From Pelagomonas calceolata (taxonomy: Eukaryota), in assembly GCA_918797485.1 (NCBI GenBank), contig CAKKNE010000003.1, positions 2,604,001 to 2,668,000 of the forward strand: a stretch of DNA of 64,000 bases, read 5' to 3'. The notes beneath the pieces were generated by a model, which saw only the letters and a list, made by a program, of their open reading frames with translations, was not told the origin of the DNA and ran no database searches. This document shows positions 11,169 to 21,553 of the stretch, piece by piece (within the stretch, counting starts at the first letter, position 1; each line of letters opens with the position of its first letter). The position numbers and the translations under genes were made by a program.

Positions 11169-11954
11169 CTAGGATATTACGCACTTCTTGGTCTTGGCCT
11201 TCTTCAGCAGGTACTCGTAGATGACGAGGACCTTGTCGATGCCCGTGGGTAGATTCCGGAGCAGCTCGAGGCGGTCCTCGTCGACCTTCTTCAATTCCAA
11301 GCGCAGTTCGCGGTGCCGTTCCGTCGCGCCCCGGGATATGCCCTCGAGCGTGTCGATGCACGACAAGACGTACTGCGACTCGACCTCGTTGTCCCGGTGC
11401 AGTCGCAGGACCCAGAGGATCAATTCCGTGTCCCCCCGGATTTTCTTGGGGATCATGTCTAGCCTCGGGTTGCCCGCGAGGTTGATGTGCTCTAACGAGG
11501 CGGAGACGTCCGCGAGCGTCGGCGGACACATGGCCAGCGAGTTGTTCTGGGCGAGTAAAATCCGGAGCTTCTTGCACGTTCCCAGAGCGCGCGGCAGCGC
11601 CACGAGCTTATTCTCGCTACAAATGATCTCCTCGAGCTGCCGGCACTGCCCGATCTCGTCCGGTAGATGCTCCAGGGAATTGCCGTTGCATTTCAGCTTC
11701 CGGAGCTGGCGTAGCGCGCCAATCTTCGCCGGTAGCGCCTGCAGCTTGTTGCACGAGCAGTCCAGCTCGCGCAACAGCTTCAAATCCCCGAGCTCCGGCG
11801 CGATGTGTGCTAACCGATTATAAGCCAGACTGAGCGCCGTGATCTCCAAACCCATGGTCCAGACGACCTCGTCGACGTGCTGCCAGGCGCGGTGGCTCAG
11901 CTCGAGGCGGCCGTCCTCGTCGGGCGTGGGCATGAGCTCGTCGAACTCCTCCAT
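11169..11954 (-). CDS. Leucine-rich repeat protein with polybasic CaaX tail
   Basis: LxxLxLxxNxL repeats; ends KKAKTKKCVIS*. Confidence 0.85.
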   Translation of the reverse strand: MEEFDELMPTPDEDGRLELSHRAWQHVDEVVWTMGLEITALSLAYNRLAHIAPELGDLKLLRELDCSCNKLQALPAKIGALRQLRKLKCNGNSLEHLPDEIGQCRQLEEIICSENKLVALPRALGTCKKLRILLAQNNSLAMCPPTLADVSASLEHINLAGNPRLDMIPKKIRGDTELILWVLRLHRDNEVESQYVLSCIDTLEGISRGATERHRELRLELKKVDEDRLELLRNLPTGIDKVLVIYEYLLKKAKTKKCVIS

Positions 11955-12160
11955 GGTCGTTTATGTGGTGGTCGCTATCGTCGTCGTTTCATCGGGGGGG
12001 CAGCCCTCCTCTTTTGGGGCTTTGGGTTTGGCAGCCGCGGGGCCGCTTTGCGTCCTTACGGCCGCTCTGGTTTTGAGACGGAGCCGAGCTTGTGAAACCC
12101 GGAGGCAGGCCACACAAGGACAGCGTCCGCGTCCGAGCGTCGTCCGGCGTTGCGGATTAG

Positions 12161-12181
12161 CTAGCGGGTGTAAGATACTAG
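12161..12181 (-). promoter_or_regulatory. CTAG-bounded intergenic motif copy
   Basis: CTAGCGGGTGTAAGATACTAG in the LRR/HflX divergent region. Confidence 0.6.
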
Positions 12182-12429
12182 GAAGCGCAGGGCTTTGCTC
12201 CGCCAGCCATTGCGGGCGCGCTGAGCACTCTCGGATTGAGCAGTGGTCGTTTAGACACTCCTGCAAGCATACCAAGCAGTACTGCTGCACGCGGTTGCTC
12301 CCTGAGGCCCACCGCTGTGTTGGAGCAACTTGCACCCAAGAGCACTCGACGCGTCGCCGCGCGCGTCCGACGGCGGGCGAGGCCTCGGCGTTGGCATCGT
12401 GAAGACGCGCCAGCCGGCACAAAGAAGCG

Positions 12430-14325
12430 ATGCTGCGCGCCGTCTTATGGCTGACCCTGGCGGCGGCATTCGTGCCGGCGCCGCGACGGGCAACGCTCAC
12501 GCCGTTGGCCGGCCGCAAGCGCGGCCGCGGCAACAGCAAGGACGCCGACGACGCGCCCAAAGCGCCAAAAAAGAAGAAGTCGTCCGGCGCCGCCGCCAAG
12601 GCCGCGGCCCTCGCGGAGGAAGCGCTCGCCCCGAAACCGAAGCAGGCGGCGCCGGACCGTATTACAGCAAAACAGAAGATCCAGAAAAGGCGCGGCAACG
12701 ACGACAAAGTCGTAGTAGTGGAAGAGGAAGAAACGAAAGGACGAGAGCGCAAGAAGGCCCAGGACGAGATCAGTCCCGAGCGACGGGAATTATTGCGGGG
12801 CGTCGCCGCGGCCGAGTCCGCGTACGCTGCGGCGGAGCTCCTCGCGGACGCCGTGCAGGCCGAGAATTATGAAAGGGACGCGTCGGAGAGCGCGGCCATC
12901 GAAGGGTATTTTGATACTAGTAGGTGGCCCTCGGCCGTCTTGGTGGGTCTCGACTTAACTTCAAGACGGGGCGCGTCGAAGCTCGCGGAGCGACGCACGC
13001 GGGGCGCGGACAACGCGGGGATGGCATTGTGCGCTCCGGTTGATGCGGGCTGGACGGTGCACGATAGTTTGGCGGAGCTTGGGAGGTTATGTGATACCGC
13101 GCGCGTCAACGTCGTCGATTCCACGTTTCAGAGGGCCGACATGCCCAACGGCCAGTTTTTAGTCGGCAAGGGCAAAGTCGAGGACGTCGCGAAGCGCGTG
13201 CTCGAGCACGGGGCCGACGCCGTCGTCTTCGATGACGAGTTGTCGCTGGCACAACAACGAAGTTTAAACAAGGAGCTCGCATTCCATGGCTGTGCTGACG
13301 ATCTACAAATCTTGGATAGGACACAATTAGTGTTGCAGATCTTCTCCGAAAGAGCACAAACAAGGGAGGCTCGAGCGCAGATAGCTCTAGCAAGGGCCGA
13401 GTACATGCTGCCTCGACTGACGACGTTTTTGACGACGGGCGCCGGCATGGACTCGCGGTCAGGAGGCAAAGGGTCGAGTGGAGGCGCCTACCTGAGGGGT
13501 GCGGGAGAATCGCAGCTAGAAATGGATAGGCGTTTGTTCGGGAAGAGAATATCGCGACTGAACAAGGAGCTCGATTTATTGAAAGAAAAACGAACACAAT
13601 CGCGGGAGAAGCGCAAGACCGACGATCGGCTGCCCCTCGTTTGTCTCGTAGGGTATACGAACGCGGGTAAGACGTCACTGCTCAATGCCCTCGCGGAGCA
13701 GGCCCAGCCCTTATATGCGGACGATCGGCTGTTCGCGACCTTGGACCCGGCGACGCGACGCGTGCAGTTGCCTTCTGGTAGGGCTTGTCGATTAACAGAT
13801 ACTGTTGGGTTCCTTCAACGGCTCCCAACAAAACTCGTGGCGTCATTTAGAGCGACGTTGGAGGAGGTCGCCGACGCTTGTTTGCTACTCCATGTGGTTG
13901 ATTCTTCTTCACCCTTGGCGGCCAATCAAATGAGGGCAGTGAGAGGAATCGTCGACGAGCTCGGCTGTCGAGAGACACCAACAATAACCATCTACAACAA
14001 GCAGGACCTCTGCGAGGATGACGCAGTTGTTTTTGAATTGGACAACCTGCCCAAGTCCGATGTGGACTCGTCTTTATCCGCCTCGGCGACGTCAGGGGGC
14101 GGCGTCGATCAGTTGCTGGAGGCCGTCGACGCGGCGCTAGCGTCGCAGAATTCCCTCGTGGACTGCCTCGTGCCCTTCGCGCGGGGCGATTTGGTGGAAG
14201 AAGTTCATAGGACGGGCACGGTGGAGCGCGTCGAGCACGAGATGGAGGGGACGCGGCTCGTCGCGCGCGTGCCCGAGGCGCTGGCGAATCGGTTGGCGGA
14301 GTTTCTTGTTGTTGACGACGGGTAA
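12430..14325 (+). CDS. hflX: GTPase HflX, plastid-targeted
   Basis: GKGKVE, DRTQLVLQIF, GESQLEMDRR, VGYTNAGKTSL, LFATLD, DTVGF and NKQD. Presequence AAAFVP. Confidence 0.95.
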   Translation: MLRAVLWLTLAAAFVPAPRRATLTPLAGRKRGRGNSKDADDAPKAPKKKKSSGAAAKAAALAEEALAPKPKQAAPDRITAKQKIQKRRGNDDKVVVVEEEETKGRERKKAQDEISPERRELLRGVAAAESAYAAAELLADAVQAENYERDASESAAIEGYFDTSRWPSAVLVGLDLTSRRGASKLAERRTRGADNAGMALCAPVDAGWTVHDSLAELGRLCDTARVNVVDSTFQRADMPNGQFLVGKGKVEDVAKRVLEHGADAVVFDDELSLAQQRSLNKELAFHGCADDLQILDRTQLVLQIFSERAQTREARAQIALARAEYMLPRLTTFLTTGAGMDSRSGGKGSSGGAYLRGAGESQLEMDRRLFGKRISRLNKELDLLKEKRTQSREKRKTDDRLPLVCLVGYTNAGKTSLLNALAEQAQPLYADDRLFATLDPATRRVQLPSGRACRLTDTVGFLQRLPTKLVASFRATLEEVADACLLLHVVDSSSPLAANQMRAVRGIVDELGCRETPTITIYNKQDLCEDDAVVFELDNLPKSDVDSSLSASATSGGGVDQLLEAVDAALASQNSLVDCLVPFARGDLVEEVHRTGTVERVEHEMEGTRLVARVPEALANRLAEFLVVDDG

Positions 14326-14398
14326 GGTGGGCTCGTTTTCTTGTTTTTTTTTGTTTGTGCCTGGCATCTCCGCGACTGCATTTCTTCCACAGTGGTAC

Positions 14399-15244
14399 TT
14401 ACTCGGTCGCGGGTGCCGCGCGGCGACGACGCGGGGGTTCTCCCAGCCAGAACTTGCACACGAGATGGGCGAGGGGGTCGGGGAGGCCCGGCGGCGCCCG
14501 TCGCCAGGCGGCGCGCGTCCTGGGCCGAGACTTCGGCGCGAAGAACAGCAGCGCAAATCCCTCCGGCGTCTCGGAAGTAGGCGTCGCCCGGCCGCGATGA
14601 ACCAACGCGCGAAGGGCAAAAATTTGTCGGAGCCGCGGGCGCAGAAGCCGCGCGTCCGCGAGAATGCGAGCAGATTCACGATATATAGAACCGAAGTAAC
14701 TCTCAGAATGGAGGTTGGCATGTTCCTCCGGTGTGAGCGTTCTACCTCCATCTATGTAGGTCATCGAAGGGTCAGCTCCGAAGCGGAGTAGCACACGAAC
14801 CGTGCGAGGGCTTTTACGAGTAGCATACCAGAGAGGGAAATCGCCCGAGCTTCTTGTGTGATTGACATTGGCGCCGGCGAGACACAGTTGTTCTGCTGAT
14901 TCGGCTTGTCCATAGAGGGCAGCAATAAAGAGCGGTGTGTTGTTGCCAGCGTCATTGACTGCGTCTGCCGTTGCGCCGTGAGCCAGTAGCATGCGCACGA
15001 TGTTGGTGCGGCGGCGTTCCAAGTCAGCTAGCAAATTTGGGTCCGACGCGACGGACACATTTGGGCCGCCAACCGCATAGTGCAGGAGTGTTTGCCCAAT
15101 TTCGTGACCACGCATATTGGTGTCCGTCGCGTCCGATCGGGCCATGCGCTCGTCTGGATTGCCTCCGGCTTCGAGCCACGCTTGTACGGTGGCGACGTCA
15201 CCCATCCTCGCGGCGAGACACAGGTCGTCTGACAGCCCTGGCAT
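14399..15244 (-). CDS. Ankyrin-repeat protein with C-terminal F-box-like motif
   Basis: TLLHYA, TPLFIAA and LAGANVN ankyrin repeats; C-terminal LPDPLAHLVCKFW. Confidence 0.8.
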   Translation of the reverse strand: MPGLSDDLCLAARMGDVATVQAWLEAGGNPDERMARSDATDTNMRGHEIGQTLLHYAVGGPNVSVASDPNLLADLERRRTNIVRMLLAHGATADAVNDAGNNTPLFIAALYGQAESAEQLCLAGANVNHTRSSGDFPLWYATRKSPRTVRVLLRFGADPSMTYIDGGRTLTPEEHANLHSESYFGSIYRESARILADARLLRPRLRQIFALRALVHRGRATPTSETPEGFALLFFAPKSRPRTRAAWRRAPPGLPDPLAHLVCKFWLGEPPRRRRAAPATE

Positions 15245-15405
15245 GTCCTTGAAAGTTAAACGTTGGCCCGCCTGTAGTTACCGCACGTGGCTTGAGCGGC
15301 AGTGCCCGTGTCGCCTGAAGAACACCCGCGGACTCCCTCGCCGAACTGAGGGGGGGGGCGAGTTGAAAAGAGTCGCGTGGAGAGCCGCCACTGAGCTGCA
15401 CTGAC

Positions 15406-15427
15406 CTAGCGTCCAGTAAGACACTAG
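15406..15427 (-). promoter_or_regulatory. CTAG-bounded intergenic motif copy
   Basis: CTAGCGTCCAGTAAGACACTAG in a divergent region. Confidence 0.6.
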
Positions 15428-15540
15428 CACGGCAGGCATGCCGCGAAATGCTGCCTCACAGAACCCTTAAGCCTGCCCATACGCACGTGAAAAACGCTAC
15501 ACTACTTGTGCCACGAGCGCTGCGACGATTTGACCGCCGC

Positions 15541-16365
15541 ATGACTGCGGCTGCGCTCCTCTTGGCTGCAACAGCGCTCCTCACCCAGTTCACGACGCAG
15601 CAGCGCTACATAAGGAAGTATCGCACTCCCCGGCGCGACACGCTGCATCCATCAGTAGTGAACCACCGCGGCATGGCCTCGCCCGACGGCAAGTACCGCG
15701 CAACCACAAAAAGCGACGAGAGCAGTGAAACGACGCACCTGACCGACGCCGCGACGGGCCGCCGGTTAACCATCGGCGAGGTCGCGCGGCTCTGGCGCGA
15801 TGATACCTTCGCCGGCTGGTTCCAGGAACTCCTTGCGCAGTCTGCGTTCGACGCGTACTTTTGGGAAGTGCCGCCGGTGAACATCGTGACGTTCGTCGAG
15901 ACGCCCTACGAGCACACGTTGGTCCAAAACCGGTGGGGCTTTCGGGCCGCGGACTCTTCGGACTTCGCCCAGCATCTGGAGGGCGCGTGCTCAAGGGGCG
16001 ACCGCTGCGCGGCGTTTCCCAATTTGGGTAGGGATTCGATGCTCGTGTCGCCCTGCGACGAGGGCGGGCCGCCACCAGTCCAACCGCGGGCCCACGGGAC
16101 CCTCTACGAGCGGGCGAACCCACATGTGGCGGCACCAGAGAGCGCCTACGGCCACATCGCCGCGTTCGCGAGAAACGCGCCGCAGGCGCAGGCCGCGGCC
16201 TTCTGGGCGAAAGTGGGGTCGACCTACGAGTCGCTCGTGGCCCAGAAGGGCGACCGGCCGGTGTGGCTCAGCACGGAAGGCTCCGGCGTGCCGTGGCTCC
16301 ACGTGCGCATGGACGCGCGGCCCAAGTACTACCACACGGCGCACTACAAGGTGTGGAGTGGGTAA
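15541..16365 (+). CDS. Conserved hypothetical protein (DUF6940-like)
   Basis: AYFWEVPP, FPNLGRDSMLVSP, YGHIAAF and VWLSTEGSGVPWLHVRMD..PKYY resemble DUF6940 as I recall it. Hydrophobic N-terminus. Confidence 0.65.
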   Translation: MTAAALLLAATALLTQFTTQQRYIRKYRTPRRDTLHPSVVNHRGMASPDGKYRATTKSDESSETTHLTDAATGRRLTIGEVARLWRDDTFAGWFQELLAQSAFDAYFWEVPPVNIVTFVETPYEHTLVQNRWGFRAADSSDFAQHLEGACSRGDRCAAFPNLGRDSMLVSPCDEGGPPPVQPRAHGTLYERANPHVAAPESAYGHIAAFARNAPQAQAAAFWAKVGSTYESLVAQKGDRPVWLSTEGSGVPWLHVRMDARPKYYHTAHYKVWSG

Positions 16366-16553
16366 GTCTGCTGTGTGTGTTTCCTTCTTGGAGTGGGGGT
16401 GCCCGTGGCGCGACTCGTCTCTAGAGCGCGGCTCGGGGCCGCGGTTTTCGCGGCGGCCGGCGTTTTTGGGTGCTGTCTCTTTGGAGTCAATGGGCGATAT
16501 TCCTCCGGTCCCCTAGGGATGCTGCGCCTCGGAAAGCGCTTCTTGCTTGCTTG

Positions 16554-16575
16554 CTAGTGTCTTACATGCCGCTAG
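16554..16575 (+). promoter_or_regulatory. CTAG-bounded intergenic motif copy
   Basis: CTAGTGTCTTACATGCCGCTAG upstream of the small Gly-rich ORF. Confidence 0.6.
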
Positions 16576-16734
16576 TTAACACCAGCCACCGCTTTTGCGG
16601 CCAGCGTACGCACGGCAGAGACGTGTTTGCGAGCAGGGTGGACTCCTCGCGTAACCCCCAGACGTATCCCAAGCTCTGGTGCGACGCGCCGTCCCTAGGA
16701 GCCCAAGGCTAAAAAAGGAACAGCCCCTTGCATC

Positions 16735-17040
16735 TTGCGAGTCAATAACAAAGTAGCCGATAAAGTACCAGGAGGTTTTATCGTGAAGGGCGCGACGGGC
16801 GCGACGTCGAGTGTGTTACATGGCACGGTCAAGGGCGCCGGGGCCGCCGTCGGCGGCGTCGCCGGCGCGGGCAAGGCGGTCACGAAAGGTGTCACCTCCG
16901 GAAGCGTCTCGGGCATGGCGGCCGGCATGAAGGAGGCCGGCGGCGAGCTCGCGGGCGGCGTCAAGGGCGCGGGGTCCGGGGTGGCCGGCGGCGTGACGAA
17001 TGCTGGCAGCGCGGCGAAGCGCGGGTCCGTGAAGGAGTAG
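16735..17040 (+). CDS. Small Gly/Ala-rich protein, 5' end unresolved
   Basis: Coding-like codon use with GAVGGVAGAG-type repeats. No ATG near the 5' end, so an upstream exon is possible. Confidence 0.4.
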   Translation: MRVNNKVADKVPGGFIVKGATGATSSVLHGTVKGAGAAVGGVAGAGKAVTKGVTSGSVSGMAAGMKEAGGELAGGVKGAGSGVAGGVTNAGSAAKRGSVKE

Positions 17041-17176
17041 AGTCGTGGTGGCGTCGAGCCCCTCGTCCCCCCTCTTCCCCCACCGGGGCTCCGCGGATAA
17101 CTATAGAAACAACAAGTCCTAAACCGCGACGACGGAGAACGGCCCACGCCATCGCCGCGACGGTTACACAAAACAT

Positions 17177-18598
17177 CTACTTAGCAGCATCACCCTTGAA
17201 GTAGTTCGTCCACGGCTTCTCGGAGCGCGCGTAGTAGTCCATCGGGTAGTGGCCGTCGTCCCACGCCTCCGACCCCCAGGCGACGTGGGCCTCGTAGGGC
17301 GAGAGCGTCGGCTTGCTGAAGTGGTGGCCCCAGTCGACCGAGAGGCGCGGACAAGCGACCTGGACCCACGCATCCACGTGCGCATCAAATCTCTTCAGTG
17401 TATCAGGAGTCACTTCGGTCAGGATGAGGCAGAAGTGGGCGATGCCTCTTTGCGACAGTAAAGCGCGCACTCTTCTAAGGATGGCTGGCGACCCCTGCCT
17501 ACCAAGAGCACCCAACACCAGACCGACGCGAGACGCGTTCGAGGCAGCAGCGACGGCCCGCCTTCTTAGTCGATGCAGCTGCCGCGTGTCATACTTTTCA
17601 GACGTGAGTCGCTTCGAATACGGATCATATCTGAAGGCAGGAACATGAGGGTTCCGGATCATCAGCGATTCCAAGTGGAACCGCCCGTCCGCCACGAACA
17701 CCAGCGCGTCCACGTCCTCCGGCAATCTAGGCGACGTGCAGCCCAGGACCTCCCCCGCCGACAGGGGCAACTGCTGCGGCACAACCACATCTTCGTTCTT
17801 CTCCGCGAGCAACACGCGAGCTCTCTCCACACCGGTAGCGAACTGGATCGTGCCCGCTAAAGCCAATTTTTGCGGCTTCGTATCAGCGACGCCGTCCCCG
17901 ATGCGCTTCCGCAGGAACTCGGCCTCGACGCATCCTACTAGATGGTCCACATCAAATGAGATCTCGACGAAGACATATAGACTTTTGAGGGGACCCGTCA
18001 CCGACGCCGGCACCAAGCAAGAATGCCCATAATGCACCAAGAAATCGGCACCCAATGCTTTGGCGGTCAAATCGTCGACGCAACACGCGCCGTACGTGAC
18101 GTCCGCCAAGACAATCACTCGTTCACATTGCGAGAACTCCCTGACAATGTCCGCTATCGCATTCGCATATATGAGTAACCCTTCGGGGAACTGCAGGGCC
18201 ACGCATTTTGCCTCGGCTTCGCGACACCGCCAGATCGTCTTCGGGATCTCGAACGCGTAGTTTGTCGGTAATGTTCGTTCGATGGCGCTCTTGAGCAAAG
18301 GGTCTTCACTAATCTCCGGGGGGATCTGGCGCCGTATTCTCGCGCGGCGGCGGCGTACTGGTCGCGGCGGCGGCGGTGCGGTGTCGGCGTCGCCGCCTTG
18401 TCGTGCGCAGCCGCTACTCGCGCAGGCGTCGTTCGGTGCCGGCTGCGGCGGCGGCGGCGTGTCGGCTGCGTTGCAGCAGGGCGCTTGTGCAGTGTCGTCG
18501 CCGGGTCGTGCGCCGCTCGCCGCGCAGGCGTCGTCCTTTGTCGGCTGCGATGCGCTGCAGCACGTTTCCGCCGGTGGCGGGTCACTGCTGCCGTCCAT
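17177..18598 (-). CDS. DPH1: Diphthamide biosynthesis protein 1
   Basis: NYAFEIPKTIWR, ALQFPEGL, DVTYGACCVDD, VHYGHSCL, GEVLGCTSP, VQVACPRLSVDWG and YPMDYY. Confidence 0.95.
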   Translation of the reverse strand: MDGSSDPPPAETCCSASQPTKDDACAASGARPGDDTAQAPCCNAADTPPPPQPAPNDACASSGCARQGGDADTAPPPPRPVRRRRARIRRQIPPEISEDPLLKSAIERTLPTNYAFEIPKTIWRCREAEAKCVALQFPEGLLIYANAIADIVREFSQCERVIVLADVTYGACCVDDLTAKALGADFLVHYGHSCLVPASVTGPLKSLYVFVEISFDVDHLVGCVEAEFLRKRIGDGVADTKPQKLALAGTIQFATGVERARVLLAEKNEDVVVPQQLPLSAGEVLGCTSPRLPEDVDALVFVADGRFHLESLMIRNPHVPAFRYDPYSKRLTSEKYDTRQLHRLRRRAVAAASNASRVGLVLGALGRQGSPAILRRVRALLSQRGIAHFCLILTEVTPDTLKRFDAHVDAWVQVACPRLSVDWGHHFSKPTLSPYEAHVAWGSEAWDDGHYPMDYYARSEKPWTNYFKGDAAK

Positions 18599-18778
18599 GG
18601 CTGCTCAATTCATCGCTCTGCTCTGTTGATGGCAAAGAGCTGCTCTCCAGTTTTGAGAATCGCGCAGCGGTCGCGGCAGGCCGTGTAAACGCTCCTACCG
18701 GTCCACTACATTCGTATTAGTGGCCACGTGCTGCAAAACTCATCTGTGGCCCGCGCCGCCGCTTGAGCACACCACAAG

Positions 18779-19713
18779 ATGCTCAGTGCCTGGTCGTGGC
18801 TCGCGTGCGCCGTCGCCGCCGTGCGGGCCGCGCACCTGACGCCGGCGCAGCGCGACGCGTTCTTCGAGAACGGGCTCGTCGTGCTCGGGAAGATGCTCGA
18901 CGAGGCCGCGGTCGCGGCGATTGAGGTGGAGTACGACCGATTCATGTCTGGCATCCACGCCGAGGTGATGGGGAAAAATTTTACGGACATGTCCAAGCCC
19001 TTCGGCACGCCGTTTGACGAGTGGAGTGTTATTAATGGTATGTTGCCGCACCGCTACCATCCACCGCTGCGCAACAACGCCTGGGAGCGGCTTGCTGCCG
19101 AAATTGCTGCTGAGGTCTTTCCAGGCGTAGAGATGGTGCAGGTGCCACGCGGCGTGACTCTTTATCGACGCACCCGTCTCACCGGTCGATTCGCACGCAG
19201 GACTACGACCAGCTGCTGGACAAGCGCCCCGGCAAAGGTGACGCCGTCTTCGCGATGCACCAGGACATGGCATATTGGCCGCCGGCGTCCCTCACGGCCA
19301 ACGACACGCGCACCGTCACCCTTACCTTAGCGATCGACGACGAAACGGCAGAGAACGGCTGCATTCGCTACGTGCCGGGGAGCCAGAAGGAAAAGAAGCT
19401 CCGGCCGCACCGGCCGCTCGCGAAATCTCGCGAGGAAGGCCACGCCGTAGTTGCGGAGGTTGCGGACGACGAGGAGATACGCCTTGCCGAGGTTCCAAGA
19501 GGAGGTGTGACACTACACGACGAGTGGGTCGTCCACGGCTCGCCGGGCAATCAGTCGCCGCGGCACCGGCGGACCTACGTGATCGCCTTCCGCACGAGGG
19601 CCATCGTCGACGCCGAGAGGAAAGCGGGCTTTACGCATAGCCACAACGACGACGTCAACTGGGACGTGTTCAACCCTGAGATCGCCGCCGCCGCCGCGCG
19701 GACGGAACTGTGA
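18779..19713 (+). CDS. Phytanoyl-CoA dioxygenase (PhyH) family 2OG-Fe(II) oxygenase; join(18779..19141,19201..19713)
   Basis: HQDMAYW, ENGCIRYVPGSQ and VHGS..N...RR. A 59-nt GT..AG intron at 19142-19200 joins EMVQ|DYDQLLDK in frame. Confidence 0.85.
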
Positions 19714-19758
19714 CTGTGAATAAGAGTCTTGTTGTTAAGTGCTCGGGGCAGCGGAGGC

Positions 19759-20365
19759 CTAAGCGGTGAGGCCGCGCAGCTCCTGCACGAGGAGCCCGAG
19801 CGCGACGTAGCGGACGACGGCGAAGGGCGCGTAGGGCGGCGGATCCATGCCGCCCTCGTGGTAGTGGCCGACGAAGGCGCGCAGCCAGAAGTAGATGACC
19901 TGGCCGCCGACGGCGAGCGTCGAGGCCAGCGGCGCGGCGACGCCCTCCGAATTGAGGTAGAGCAGCACCGCCGTCAGGAGCGGCGCGTACTCGGCCTCGT
20001 TGAGCTGGGCACTCCACACGCGCTGGTAGAACTGGGACTTGAGAATTTTGGTACACTCCGCCTTGGGCGCGGACTTCATCGTCAGCTTGAGGCGGAACAT
20101 GGCCGTCATCATCAACTGTGTGGAAATCGACGCGAGTCGTCCCCGTAACTGCATCTGCTCGATGGCGTGGAGATCTACGCCATCGACGCGACGTCGTCCC
20201 CGTAGCTGCGGCAGCTCGATGGCGACGTCTCGGCAATAATTCTCAGAATAATCACTGGTTGGTTTCCACACAGATCATCACCTTGGTGAGCAGCGCGTGG
20301 CCGACGATGATCGTCGCCGCCGTGCCGGACGGCACGATGGAGAGAGCATTCTTCAGCGCGTCCAT
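19759..20365 (-). CDS. MAPEG-family membrane protein; join(20365..20282,20115..19759), 146 aa
   Basis: RVWSAQLNEAEYAP motif with hydrophobic helices. Frame is continuous once the 166-nt introner is removed. Confidence 0.75.
20116..20281 (-). mobile_element. Introner element intron (166 nt)
   Basis: TIRs CTGTGTGGAAA...TTTCCACACAG (20116-20273). Flanking 8-mers ATCATCAA (20108-20115) and ATCATCAC (20274-20281). On the gene strand the GT comes from the TSD and the AG from the TIR. Confidence 0.9.
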
Positions 20366-20468
20366 GGCTGCCCCGGTGGTGCCTTTTGTGCAGCGTCAGC
20401 TCGCAAAACAGAAGAAACAGGCCGCGCTCCGCGATGCACCCGCACGAAAAATAAACAAGATGTCCAAG

Positions 20469-21164
20469 TTACACGTCGTCGGTGTCCGGCGGCACGTCGT
20501 CGGGGATGTCCGGCAGCGGTGGCAGGTCGAGCTCCTTCTCCTTCGCGGCGAGGCGGTCGGCCGGCGTCGCCTCTGTTACCAAACGCGGGAGGAGCCCAAC
20601 TTTTCGTAAGCAGGCCGCCGCGATCCGAATGGGTGCCCGCACCGCGCCGCCGACCATCAACGCGCCCATGAAGGCCAGCGCCCCGACGTTCATGACGACG
20701 CGCGACCGCAGCCGGAGCTTGCCCGTCTTCGGATCAATGTCGTCGGCGACCTCCACGCCCCTTATACTGACGTGCTCCTCCGTCGCCTGGGCCAGGGCCT
20801 GGGCGTAGACTTCCCCATAAACCGCCGGCAGCACGACGAAGAAGCCGCGGTAGGCCCGGTACGCGACGAACGCGAGCGACAGCGCCGCGACGTACGCGCC
20901 GCGCGGCAGCTTCATCATTAGATTGGCGCCCTTGAGCGCTTCCCTTTGTCTCCGCGATCGGTCCTTGAGCGAGAGGCCGAAGTTGTTGAACCGTGCAATC
21001 AGAGACGGTTTGTTTGCCGCGGGCGCTGCGTCGGCCGCGCCGAGGCGAACGGTCGCCCGCGGCGGCACCGGCACCGCCGGGCGCAGCGCCAAGATCTGCC
21101 TTGGTGGGGCAAGGAGGGCGTGGGACGTGGCCGCAAGGCACGCAGCGGTAAGAGCCAGCTTCAT
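20469..21164 (-). CDS. Hypothetical membrane protein, probably plastid-targeted
   Basis: Signal peptide plus transit-like region and two hydrophobic segments. Confidence 0.65.
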   Translation of the reverse strand: MKLALTAACLAATSHALLAPPRQILALRPAVPVPPRATVRLGAADAAPAANKPSLIARFNNFGLSLKDRSRRQREALKGANLMMKLPRGAYVAALSLAFVAYRAYRGFFVVLPAVYGEVYAQALAQATEEHVSIRGVEVADDIDPKTGKLRLRSRVVMNVGALAFMGALMVGGAVRAPIRIAAACLRKVGLLPRLVTEATPADRLAAKEKELDLPPLPDIPDDVPPDTDDV

Positions 21165-21255
21165 GATGACGAGAATGTATCAAAACGGCTCCCCGCCGGG
21201 CCAATACACCAATACACCACTCGTTTTGGCTCGCGAAGACCGGCTACGTCGAACT

Positions 21256-21276
21256 CTAGAGCCTTTATCACGCTAA
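21256..21276 (+). promoter_or_regulatory. Degenerate CTAG-bounded motif copy
   Basis: CTAGAGCCTTTATCACGCTAA in a divergent region. Confidence 0.35.
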
Positions 21277-21553
21277 CTTCATCTCGCGAGTGAAATTCGA
21301 GCGGAGCGCCTCAGGGTCGCTCTGCAGAGTGTTGGCACCTCCCTACACAGCCAGCGCGCAGCCCTCGCCGCGCGGCGCCATCAATTTCCCGCCGCCGCTG
21401 CACCAACCCTAGCCCTGGTCCAGCAGCACGCCATCGACGCGCGCGCCGCCGATCAAGACAGCGACGCAGGACCTTTGAGCTGTCGCAGCTTACGCATCGC
21501 GACAAAAGAAGTCTGAAAACGGCCAAAGCTCTCGCTGCACCAATTCAACACCG

